NCBI RefSeq assembly: GCF_009914755.1
Contig: NC_060931.1
Length of the DNA: 64,000 nt
From: the human T2T-CHM13v2.0 reference genome, Homo sapiens
Reading direction: 5' to 3' (one strand)
Below the pieces are notes generated by a model. That model saw only the letters and a list, made by a program, of their open reading frames with translations, was not told where the DNA came from and did not search any database. Both the position numbers and the translations under genes were made by a program. Of this stretch, positions 42,755 to 54,988 are shown piece after piece (positions within the stretch are counted from its first letter, which is position 1; each line of letters starts with the position of its first letter).

Positions 42755-43796
42755 CTTTGTGGTTTTATCTACTTTTGGTGTTTGATGATGGTGACATACA
42801 GATGGGTTTTTGGTGTGGATGTCCTTTCTGTTTGTTAGTTTTCCTTCTAACAGACAGGACCCTCAGCTGCAGGTCTGTTGGAGTTTGCTAGAGGTCCACT
42901 CCAGACCCTGTTTTCCTGGGTACCAGCAGCGGTGGCTGCAGAACAGCCGTGGCTGTAGAACAGCAGATTTTCGTGAACTGCAAATGCTGCTGCCTGATCA
43001 TTCCTCTGGAAGTTTTGTCTCAGAGGAGTACCCCACCGTGTGAGGTGTCAGTCTGACCCTACTAGGGGGTGCCTCCCAGTTAGGCTGCTCAGGGGTCAGG
43101 GACCCACTTGAGGAGGCAGTCTGCCCATTCTCAGATCTCCAGCTGCATGCTGGGAGAACCACTACTCTCTTCAAAGCTGTCAGACAGGCACGTTTAAGTC
43201 TGCAGAGGTTACTGCTGTCTTTTTGTTTGTCTGTGCCCTGCCCCCAGAGGTGGAGCCTACAGAGGCAGGCAGGCCTCCTTGAGCTGTGGTGGGCTCCACC
43301 CAGTTCAAGCTTCCCTACTGCTTTGTTTACCTAAGCAAGCCTGGGCAATGGTGGGCACCCCTCCCCCAGCCTCACTGCCGCCTTGCAGTTTGATCTCAGA
43401 CTGCTGTGCTAGCAATCAGTGAGACTCCGTGGACATAGGACCCTCTGAGCCATGTGCAGGATATAATCTCCTGGTGTGCCATTTTTTAAGCCCATTGGAA
43501 AAGCACAGTATTGGGTTGGGAGTGACCCGATTTTCCAGGTGCCGTCTGTCACCCCTTTCTTTGACTAGGAAGGGAACTCCCTGACCCCTTGCACTTCCCG
43601 AGTGAGGCAATGCCTCGCCCTGCTTCGGCTCGTGCACGGTGCGCTGCACCCACTGTCCTGCACCCACTTTCTGGCACTCCCTAGTGACATGAACCCAGTA
43701 CCTCAGATGGAAATGCAGAAATCACCTGTCTTCTGCGTCACTCATGCTGGGAGCTGTAGACTGGAGCTGTTCCTCTTAGGCCATCTTGGCTCCACC
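42755..43796 (-). promoter_or_regulatory. L1 5' UTR internal promoter (sense and antisense), YY1 site retained
   Basis: YY1 core AAGATGGCC near 43779-43787 on the minus strand; many CpGs decayed; activity not shown by sequence. Confidence 0.7.
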
Positions 43797-43818
43797 GAGT
43801 CTGAACATTTCTAAGAGC

Positions 43819-45620
43819 CATTTTTTTCTTCTCTTATATGTGCATTTAAAATAAGCCATAAATTTCCTCTCAAACATTGTTTCAACTCTCTCTCACGTGA
43901 AATTTATATGCTTTGCTTTTCTATAACTCTTTCATATAAAAAGATTTCAAATTTTTATTGCGATCATTTTTGTGACCTATAGATTTTTAAAAGTTTGTTG
44001 CTTAATTTCCAACCATCTAAGGATTTTTTAGTTATCTTTCTGTTGTTGGTTTCTGGTTTAATTCCACTATAATCAGAGATTATAACTTGCATTATTATAT
44101 TTCATTCCTTTGAAATTTACTAAAACCTGCTTTGTGGCCCTGCATAATATAGTTTATTTTGATAAATGACACATGTGCCCATGTGTACTGGAAAGGAATG
44201 TGAATGCTACAGTTGTGGGAAGTGGTGTTCTCCATGTGTCAATTAGGTCAAATTATTTAATCCTGTTGTCCAAATCTTCTGTTTTACTGATATTGAGATT
44301 GTTCACTCTGCTACTTGTGGTGTGTTGAAATCTCTACTGATGAAAAGATTTCTATTTCTCCTTGTTTCTCTACAATTTTTGTTTAGTATATTTTGATGTT
44401 ATTAAATACATACAAATTTATTGTTTGATTTCTTCTTGTTAAATTGGCATTTTCATCATTATAAAATCCCCCTCTTTATGTCTAGGAATAATTTAAAGTC
44501 TGATTTTTCTGGTAGTACTATAATCACACCATGATTTTACTGGTTACTGCTTTCTTCATACAGTCGATTCTCATTATCCATGTAATTATGCTCTATAAAG
44601 TTGCATGAATTAGTGTTAGTTGTGAGCACTGAATTAACAAATATTAAACCATTGTCCCCGGGGGAATTACTGGGTTAGGTTTCTGTGAGCCTCTGATCAC
44701 AAACATTTCATGAACTGAGCAATACATAACCTTGTTTTATGTGTGTTTCTATATAATGACACCTTACCTAATATGCATTGTTAATTCATTAGCATTAAAC
44801 ACACAGCCAACTGCACTATCACTCACACTGGCAGGAAGCTTCTCCAACACAGGTATTTTCTCCATAAGGCACATCACAGCCTTCTTGTTCTTGTGAACAC
44901 CAGAACCTCAGCACTAACCTTGGGAGCAATTTTAAACAGAAAAGTTACCAACACAAAGCACAGAAATGCAAAAAAAATATGGCACTAAGTAGATTATAAA
45001 AAGGATACTTCTGAACAATGGAAGAGCTAAAACAAGAAGGCAGAATGGGACCTCATTTGACTTCGTCTGGGAATGTGCCCTTAAGAGACTCAAAATGTTC
45101 ACCACTCTGCACAGGTTTGAGCATGACTGTGAAAACACAGAATACTGATTTAGGAGTTACAAATACATTTTGACTAGTAGGCAAACTTGGAATCAGTGAA
45201 TAACGAGGACCACCTTTATATCTTCTTTCCATTCTTTCAATTTAAATCCTTCTGTGGCCTTATATCTAAAGTGTGTCTCTTTTTGATAGAAATGGTTGGA
45301 TCATGCTCATTTTTTAATAACTATTATGACAATATCTGTTTTCAAACTGGAATGTTAGTACATTCAAAATTTATGTCATTTTTAATATAGTGCATTTTGA
45401 GCCTATCATCTTTCTATTCCCTTTGTAATTGTTTTACTTATTCTGTGCCCCCTTACTCCATCTTTTTTTTTGGGGGGGTTAATTATTATTTATTTTGCCT
45501 ACATTTTATATTATGAAAATGTTATCTTAGTAGTACTCTATATAATTACAGTATTAGTAGTTTTTTTTCTTATTATAATCTACCTTAAATTGGTGCATTA
45601 CAAACTTTCCAAGGAGTGCA
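43819..45620 (-). mobile_element. Old L1M continuation (EN region), interrupted by MER82
   Basis: 'gcttaatttccaa...ttaattccactataatcagaga...gttgaaatctc'. Confidence 0.7.
44561..45216. mobile_element. MER82-like Tigger (TcMar) element
   Basis: TA|cagtcgattctcattat ... ataacgaggaccacctt|TA; degenerate terminal inverted repeats with TA TSD; about 650 bp. Confidence 0.8.
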
Positions 45621-46117
45621 AGAGTCTTGAAACATTGCTTGCAGGGGAAGAGGCTCCTGTAATATTCCAATAGCACAAACCCCTTTCAACACTGAAAAGT
45701 CATTTACATTCCCTTCCCAATTCATCATCATGTCAAACAACACTTGGCTGTTTACAGAGAGACTGCATTTTACAGAGATCAGCTGAGTGTTTCATTATAT
45801 TTTTATTATATTGCATTATGCAGATTCTCCTATAAGGGAGACTGCTCAGACATGTTCTTCTGGTTACCCAACATCAATACATCAAAGATGAGGTAAATAT
45901 TAGTAAATATTAATATTACATAGAACCTACAAAACAAATTTGTATAAAGTTTTAAAAACTCCCTTAAACTATATATTAATTGCAAAATAAATTATGAAAT
46001 GCTTGTATAACACTGAGCAATTTCTATAATTAAATTGTAGTAATTTGTAATATAATTATACTCTAAGATTGGAGTGCTAAAAGATTTAGTTTAGCTCTGA
46101 AGAAATGATTTGGATGC

Positions 46118-46546
46118 TTCTGTGGTTTGGTTGGTTGGTTGTCTCTCCAAACCTCACAGAGGAATTTGATCCCTAATGTTAGAGTTCAGGCCTAGCAGGA
46201 GGTGTTTGGGTCATAGGGTGAACCCCTCATGAATGGCTTGGTGCCATCATGGTGGTAATGAATGAGTATCACTCTGTAAGCTCCTGGGAGAGCTGGTTGT
46301 TAACAAGAGCCCGGCACCTCCCGCCATGTTGCTTCCTCTCTCACCATGTGATCTCTGCACACACTGGCTCCCCTTGGCCTTCAGTTATGAGTGGAAACAG
46401 CCCAAGGACCTCACCAGAAGCCAAGCGGATGCCAGAGTCACACTTCCTGTACAGCCTGCAGAACCATGAGCCAAATAAACCTCTTTTCTTTATAAATTAC
46501 CCAGCCTCAAGTATTCCTTCACAGCAACCCCAAATGGGCTAAGACA
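46118..46546 (+). mobile_element. MSTB-like MaLR solo LTR
   Basis: 'cagcctgcagaaccatgagccaaataaacctcttttctttataaattacccag...ctaagaCA'; perfect 5-bp TSD gatgc at 46113-46117 and 46547-46551. Confidence 0.92.
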
Positions 46547-47602
46547 GATGCTTTTCAGCTTTTTTTTTCTCTGTGATAGAAAATTTCTGACTCCAGATAT
46601 TTAAATAAAAGACCTAAAACTGCCATAGCAGGAGGTCTGCAAAAAGTAGAATGAGAGAGAAGCAGCAGGAAGGTATTCATTACTGATGATCATTACTGAT
46701 ATCCAAGCATTTGTTTATGGTGACTTGTCTTTTCTTCTTTACTTGACTCTATTTGTAGTCCATATTTTGTAAACCATTATCTATATCATTCACATTTTCT
46801 AATGTTTTGCATAGGTTTGTACATTTTATTTTCAAACATACATGCATATGCATTTTATTGTGAAACAAAAAATTTACTATAGAAAATTAGAAAATACATT
46901 AGCAAAATTAAAAATAAGTCGCCATTAAGTATCCAAGAGAATCACAGTTAAACTTTAGAAGATACATTTTATCAGTCAAGTTATGTCTGTTCAATCTAAT
47001 TATTTCAAAAGAGGTAATATTCATTTTGATTCAGCTTTATATTTTTATACTGTAATATGTTTGGCTGATAAATCAAATTATAAAAAGATAAATTCAATAT
47101 AAAATTATTTAAGATTTTTAAAATAACAATAAAATGTATATTGTGGGTACATACATATTTAGGAAATATATTAAAAATAAATAAAAATTATAGTCCTTGA
47201 ATAGCAATGAATAAAAAGTACCAATAGAAAGGAGTGAAGGTATAGAGGTTTTTAATTCTATCTGTAAGATTTCTTAAACAAAAAGAGGGAGAGATTTGAA
47301 GCAAGTATGACAAAATGTGTCATGTCTAGCTAATGAGTATGTTGTTGCTTTTATTATTTTCTGGGTATTTCTATGTTCTTAAAATAATTTCTTATTGAAA
47401 ATATTAAATTAAGCAAATAAAAAGAACCAGGACTAGAATATACTTATCAATTCTACTTTTTCTACTTTATAATTTAACAATTATTTCTTTAAAATTCCAT
47501 CCCTCCACTCACTTTTAAGAAGTTTCATATATGATCATTTTTAAATTTAAATGTAGAATTAATTCATTTTTTTCAATTTCTTGATTAGTAAGACAAGTTT
47601 TT

Positions 47603-47772
47603 TTGTTGTTGTTGTTGTTGTTGTTGTTTGTACTCATCCATGTTTCTGTTTATATATACTATAACAAATTCAGGAACAATGGGAAAGTAATATATGAAAC
47701 CTTAATAAGAAATACAATAGAGATTACAAAACACCACCATTTGATTTTTTATGCAAATACTTCAATATTCCA
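47603..47772 (-). other. Short L1-mediated retroposed insert of non-repeat sequence (truncated retrocopy or orphan transduction)
   Basis: Perfect 16-bp TSD agtaagacaagttttt, (TTG)n tail, TTTT/AA site, and TATAAA about 20 nt from the tail. Confidence 0.75.
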
Positions 47773-48576
47773 AGTAAGACAAGTTTTTAAATTCAGAAAA
47801 TTTTCCTCTCGGTACACCTTTAGAAAATTTCATGTGTTTTGGCATGTAGCATTCTTACAGTCTGTTTTATACTTAAGATATTTTACATCACAACCATTTG
47901 CTTTTGGATCATCCAGTAAGCATTGATTTTTGCCTTACCTCATTCAATTTGTCAGATTCTCTATTAAACATTTACATAATTCATCTCACTTAATTCTCTC
48001 CAAAATCCTCAAAATTATTTCTTAAATAACAGAATCCAAAATCTCTTTCCAATAATGTGACAAATTAATGGAGAATTCTAATATAAATGTTCAAGTTGCA
48101 AGATTTTTATAACCACTAGCACTGTTTACAATTTGCCTATATTAAAAAGGACATCAAATAAGTCAGTGAAAGCCCACACTAAAAATTCACTTATTCAAAA
48201 AACGGTAAAATACAAGTAGGATTTCTTTGCCTTTTTAATTTTTTTCCCAATTGCATTATCATATTTTCATGGCACACAATTTTTAACACAATTAAAGTAT
48301 TTCCAGAACACCAATGGTAAAATCACAGAAATTTTCACACAAGAAACAAAGGTGGAACACACAGAAAATTATGTATTGCCTCTCATTTTGTTGTTGATTC
48401 TTTGTGAAAACAATTGAAATACTTCTTTTGAAGTATCTAAATTATTTACAAGTTTAAATTACCCTACAACTTTTAATGTAGCTCCAATACTGAATTTTTC
48501 AGTGCTATACATCCCTACCAAGAAAAACAATGGAGAAAACCTCACCAACATTACTTCTCACAAAAATAACCAAATT

Positions 48577-51500
48577 TTTTTCCATAAGTTTTTGGGGTAC
48601 AGGTGGTATTTGGTTACATGAGTAAGTTCTTTAGTGATGATTTGTGAGATTTTGGTGCACTTATCACCTGAGCAGTACACACTGCACCATATTCGTAGGT
48701 TTTTATCCATCGCCGCCCCCACTCTTCCCACACCACAAATCCCCAAAGTCCGTTGTATCATTTTTATGCCTTGCATCCTCATAGCTTAGATCTGACATAT
48801 CAGAGAGAACACACAATTTTTGGTTTTCCATTACAGAGTTACTTCACTTAGAATAATACTTTCCAGTCTCATCCAGGTCACAGCAAATGCTGTTAATTCA
48901 TTCCTTTTATGGCTGCGTAGTATGCCATCATACATATATACCACAGTTTCTTTATCCACTCGTTGATTGATGGACATTTGGCTTGGTTCCCGATTTTGCA
49001 ATTGTGAATTGTGGTGCTATAAACATGCATGTGCAAGTATCTTTTTCAAATAATGACTTCTTTTCCGCTGTGTAGATACCCAGTAATGGGATTGCTGGAT
49101 CGAATAGTTGATCTACTTTTAGTTCTTTAAGGAATCTTCTCACGGTTTTCCATAGAGGTCGTACTAGTTTGCATTCCCACTAGCAGTGTAGAAGTGTTCC
49201 CTGTTCACTGCATCCATGCCAACATCTGGTTTTGATTTGCATTTCCATGATCATTAGTAATGTTGAGTATTTTTTCATGTTTGTTGGCCATTAGTATATT
49301 TTCTTTTGAGAATTATCTATTCATGTCCTTAGCCCACTTTGCGATGGGATTGTTTGTTTTTTTCTTACTGATTTGTTTGAGTTTGTTGTAGATTCTGGAT
49401 ATTAGTTCTTTGTCAGATATATAGATTGTGAAGATTTTTTCCCACTCTATGGGTTGTCTGTTTACTCCTCTGACTATTCCTTTTGCCGTGCAAAAGCTGT
49501 TTAGTTTAATTAGGTCCCAGCTATTTATCTTTGTTTTTATTGCATTTGCTTTTGGGTTCTTTGTCATGAAATCCTTGCCTATGCCAATGTCTAGTAGGGT
49601 TTTTCCAATGTTATTTTCTAGAATTTTTAGTTTCAGGTCTTAGGTTTAGGTCCTTAATCCATTTGGAGTTGATTTTTGTATAAGGTGAGAGATGAGGATC
49701 CAGTGTCATTCTCCTACATGTGGTTAGCCAATTACCCCAGCAGCAATTGTTGAAAAGGGTGTACTTTCCCCACTTTATGTTTTTGTTTGCTTTGTTAAAG
49801 ATCAGTTGGCTGTAAGTATTTAGGTTTATTTCTGGGTTCTTTGTCCTGTTCCATTGGTCTATGTGTCTATTTTTATACTAGTGCCACAATGTTTTGGTGA
49901 CTATGGCCTTATAGTATAATTTGAAATCAGGTAGTATGATGTCTCCAATTTTGTTCTTTTTGCTTAGACTTGCTTTGGCTATGTGGGCTCTTTTTTGGTT
50001 CCATATGAATTTCAGAATTTTCTTTTCTAATTATGTGAAGAATGATGGAGGCATTTTGATGGGAATTGCATTAAATTTGAAGATTGCGTTTGGCAGTATG
50101 GTCATCTTCACAATATTGATTCTACCCATCCATGAGCATGGGATGTGTTTCCATTTGTTTCTATCATCTATGATTTCTTTCAGCATTGTTTTGTAGTTTT
50201 CTTTGTAGAGGTCTTTCAACTCCTTGACTCATTGGTTAGGTATATTCTGAAGTTTTTTTCTTTTTTTTGCAGCTATTATAAAAGGAGTTGAGTTCTTCAT
50301 TTGATTTTCCACTTGCTCATTGTTGATGTAGAGAAGAGGTACTGATTTGTGTACATTAATCTTGTATCCAGAAACTTTGCTGAATTCTTTCATCAGTTCT
50401 AGGAGCTTTCTAGAGGAGTCCTTAGGGTTTTCAAGGTAAACTCTACCAATGTGGACGCCCTTTATTTATTTCTCTTGTCTGCTCTGGCTAGAACTTACAG
50501 TACTATCTTGAAGAGGAGAGATGAGATTTGGCAACCTTGTCTTGTTCTAGTTCTCAGAGGGAATGCTTTCAACTTTTTCTTATTCAGTTTTATGTTGACT
50601 GTGGGTTTCTCATAGATGGCTTTTATTACATTAAGGTATGTCCCTTGTATGCCAATTTTGCTGAGAGTTTTAATCATAAAGGGATGCTGGATTTTGTCTA
50701 ATTCTTTTTCTGCATCTATTGACATGACCATGAGATTTTTGTTATTAATTCTGTTTATGTGGTATATCACATTTATTGACTTTCATATGTTAAACCATCC
50801 CTACATCCCTGGTATGAAACCCATTTGATCATGGTGGATTATCTTTTTGATATGTTGTTGGATTAGGTTAGCTAGTATTTTGTTAAGGATTTTAGCATTT
50901 ATGTTCATCAAGGATATCAGTCTGTAGTTTTCTTCTTTGGTTATGTCCTTTTCTGGTTTTGGGATTAGGATAATGCTGGCTTCGTAGAATGAATGGGGGA
51001 GGGTTCCTTCTTTCTCTATCTTGTGGAATACCGTCAAAGGGATCAGTACCAATTCTTCTTTGAATGTCTGGTATAATTCAGCTATGAATCCATCTGGTCC
51101 TGGAATGTGCTGGCAATTTTTTAATTACCATTTCAATCTCGCTGCTTGTTATTGGTCAGTTTGGGGTATCTAATTCTTCTTGATTTAAGCTAGTAAGGTT
51201 GTATTTTTTCCAGGAATTTATCTTTCTCTTCTAGGTTTCCTAGATATGTGCATAAAGGTGTAAATAGTAGCCTTGAATTATCTTTTGTATTTCGGTGGTG
51301 TCAGTTGTAATATCTCCTCTTTCTTAGTAAGATTATTTGGATTTTCTCTCGTCTTTTATTTGTTAATCTTGCTAATCGTCTATTAATTTTATTTATCTTT
51401 TCAAAGAACAAACTTTTTGTCTTATTTATCTTTTGTATTTTGTTTGTTTTAATTACATTTAATTCTGCTCTGATCTTGGTTATTTCCTTTCTTCTGCTGT

Positions 51501-54500
51501 GTTTGAGTTTGATTTTTTTCTTGTTTCTCTAGTTCCTTGAGATGTGACCTTACAGTGTCACTGTGTGCTCTTTCAGTCTTTTCAATGTAGGTATTTAGGG
51601 CTATGAACTTTCCTCTTAGCACCGCCTTTGCTGTATCCCACAGGTTTCGATAGGTTGTGTCATTATTGTCCTAAAGTTCAAAGAATTTTTTGATTTCCAT
51701 CTTGATTTCATTTTTGACCCAGTGCTCATTCAGGAGCACGTTATTTAATTTCCATGTATTTGCATGGTTTTGAAGGTTCCTTTTGGAGTTATTTCCAGTT
51801 TTATCCCACTGTGGTCTGAGAGAGTGCTTGATATAACTTCAATTTTCTTAAATTTATTAAGGCTTGTTTTATGGCCTACTATATGGTCTATCTTGGAGGA
51901 AGTTCCATATGCTGTTGAATAGAATGTGTATTCTGTGGTTGTTGTATGAAACTCTTTGTATATATCTGTTAAGTCAATTTATTCCAGGGTGTAGTTTAAA
52001 TCCATTGTTTCTTTGTTGACTTTCTGACTTGATGATCTATCTAGTGCTGTCAGTGGAGTACTGAAGTCCCCCACTATCATTGTGTTGCTGTCTATCTCAT
52101 TTCTGAGGTCTATTAGTAATTGTTTTATAAATTTGGGAGCTCCAATGTTAGGTGCATATATGTTTAGGATTGTGTTATTTTGCTGTTGGACAAGACTTTT
52201 TACCATTATATAATGTCCCTCTTGTCTCTTTTAACTGCTGTTGCTTTAAAGTTTCTGTTTTCTGATGTAAGAATAGCTACCCCTGCTCACTTTTGGTGTC
52301 CATTTGCATGAAATGCCTTTTTCACTTCTTTACCTTAAGTTTATGTGTGTCCTTATGTGTTAGGTGGGTCTCCTGAAGGCAGCAGATGGTTGGTTGGTGA
52401 GTTCTTACCCATTCTGTGGTTCTGTATCTTTCAAGTGGACCATTTAAGCCATTTATCTTCAATGTTAGTATTAAAATGTGAGGTGCCATTGCATTCATCG
52501 TGCTCTTTGTTGCCTGTGTACTTTGATTTTTTTGTTTTTTGTTTTTGCTTTTTAACTTGTATTTTTGTTTTATAAGTCCTGTGTGATTTATGCTTTAAAG
52601 AGGTTCTGTTTTGTTATGTTCCCAGGATTTGTGTCAAGATTTAGAGCTTTTTTAGTGGTTCTTGTAGTGGTGGCTTGGTAATGGCAAATTCTCTCAGCAT
52701 TTGTTTGTCTGGAAAAGACTGTATCTTTCCTTCATATATGATGCTTAGTTTCGCTGGATACAAAATTCTTGACTGACAATTGTTTCGCTTGAGGAGGGTG
52801 AAGATAGGGCCTCTATCCCTTCTAGCTTGTAGGGTTCCTGCTGATAAATCTGCTGTTAACCTGATAGGTTTTCCTTTAGAGGTTACCTGGTGCTTCTGTC
52901 TCACAGCTGATAAGCTTCTTTCCTTCATTTTAACTTTGGATAACATGATAACAACGTGCCTAGGCAAAGATCTTTTTGCGATGAATTTCCCAGGTGTTCT
53001 TTGTGCTTCTTGTTTTGAATGCCTAGGTCTCTAGCAAGGCATGGGAAGTTTTCCTTGATTATTCCCCAAAATATGTTTTCCAAGCATTTAGAATTCTCTT
53101 CTTCTTCAGGAACACTGATTATTCTCAGATTTGGTCATTTAACATAATCCCAGATTTCTTGGATGCTTTGTTCATGTTTTCTTATTCTTTTTTCTCTGTC
53201 TTTGTTGGATTCAGTTAATTCAAAGACCTGGTCTTTCATCTCTGAATTTCTTTCTTCTACTTGTTCAATTCTATTGCTGAGACTTTCTAGAGCATTTTGC
53301 ATTTCTAAAGGTGTGCCCAAAGTTTCCTAAATTTTTTATTGTTTTTTCTTTAAGCTGTCTATGTCCTTGAATATTTCTCCCTTCACTTCCTGTATCATTT
53401 TTTGGATTTCCTTGCATTGGGCTTCGTCTTTCTGGTACCTCTCTGATTAGCTTAATAACCTCCTGAATTCTTTTTCAGGTAAATCAGGGGTTTCTTCTTG
53501 GTTTGGATCCATTGCTGGTGAACTAGTGTGGCTTTTAGGGGGTGTTAAAGAGCCTTGTTTTGCTATATTATGAGGGTTGGTTTTCTGGTTCCTTCTTATT
53601 AGGGTAGGCTCTGTCAGAGGGAAGGTCTAGGGCTGAAGGCTGTTGTTCAGATTCTTTTGTCCCATGGGGTGTTCCCTTGATGTAGTACTCTCCCCCTTTT
53701 CCTATGGATGTGGCTTCCTGTGAGCCAAACTGCAGTGATTGTTTTCTCTCTTCTGGATCTAGCCATCCAGCAAGTCTACCCAGCTCCAAGGTGGTACTAG
53801 AGGTTGTCTGCGCAGAGTCCTGTGATGTGAACCATCTATGGGTCTCAGCCATGGATACCAGCACCTGTTCCAGTGGAGGTGGCAGGGGGGTAAAATGGGC
53901 TTTGTGAGCATTCTTAGCTTTGGTGGTCTAATGCACTATTTTTGTGCTGGTCGGCCTTCTGCTAGGAGGTAGCACTTTCCAGAAAGCATCACCTGTGGTA
54001 GTATGGAGAGGAACCAGTGGTGGGTGGGGTCCTAGAACTCCCAAGACTATATGTCCTTTGTTTTCAGTGACCAGGGTGGATAGGGAAGCACCATCAGGTG
54101 GGGGCGGGGCTTGGCGTGTCTGAGCTCAGACTCTCTTTGGGCAGGTCTTGATGCAGCTGCTGTCAGGGGTGGGGGTGAGGTTCCCAGATCAATGGAGTTG
54201 TGTACCTAGTCATGCAGGTTGTCACGGAAGTGGGAGAAGGCTGGCAGTCACAGGCCTCACCCACCTCCCACGCAAACCGAAGGGCTGGTCTCGCTCCCTC
54301 CATGCCCCCACAATAGCCCTAAATCCATTTCCAGGCAGAGAGCAAGGTGGGCTTGAAAACTTGCTCCAGGCCACCTGCCTCCCAGCTATGAAAGAAAAGC
54401 ACTTGGTTCCCTTCCCCTGCCTGTGGAGTCTGAACACCAGATTTGAGCCTTCCCCCAAGTTCTGGCCAGGAGGATTCTCATCCCGTTCAAATTGTTTCAA

Positions 54501-54988
54501 TATTCTAATAGAAACATCCTTTTCCCTGTGGAGTTTTACCCCCTGCTCCTCTGGCCGTCCTCTGGATAGATCCCTGTGGTGCCAGTAGGAATGGCCTGCT
54601 AGTGGGCTAAGCGAGCTCCCAGGACCTTTCTGTTGCTTCCTCTACCCCTGCATTTCACTTGGCTCTCCAAATTGACTCTGCTCCAGGTAAAGTCAGAAAT
54701 TTCTCCCGCAAACAGACCTACAGCTTCTCTACTGTGAGTGTGCATATAGGAGAGGAGGTTCTCCCTTTCCCACTTCTGCAGTTGGGGTACTCACAGCATT
54801 TGGGGTGCCTCCTGGGTCCTGCAGGAACAGTCTGCTTCCTTCAGAGGGTCTGTGGGTCCTCTCAGGATTTCTGGTTTCTTCGTGCAGTCAGTCTGGAGCT
54901 AAAATTCACAATGCGAGCCTCCGCAAGCTGCTCTGTATGGATCTGCAATCTAGTCCTGCCTCCCATCTGCCATGCTGATCAATTTTAT
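48577..54988 (-). mobile_element. Full-length L1PB-type LINE-1 (about 6.4 kb), ORFs decayed
   Basis: L1PB 3' end 'ccataagtttttggggtacaggtggtatttgg', many ORF2/ORF1 fragments in the track, 5' UTR; perfect TSD caaaaataaccaaatt at 48561-48576 and 54989-55004. Confidence 0.92.

Noticed and set aside
43602-43814. 70-aa antisense ORF as L1 ORF0
   Set aside because: ORF0 begins at 43348 and is truncated; this is a different frame with a GTG start.
47603-47926. 107-aa ORF with poly-Leu, signal-peptide-like start
   Set aside because: The poly-Leu comes from the (TTG)n tail of the retro-insert and the start codon is TTG.
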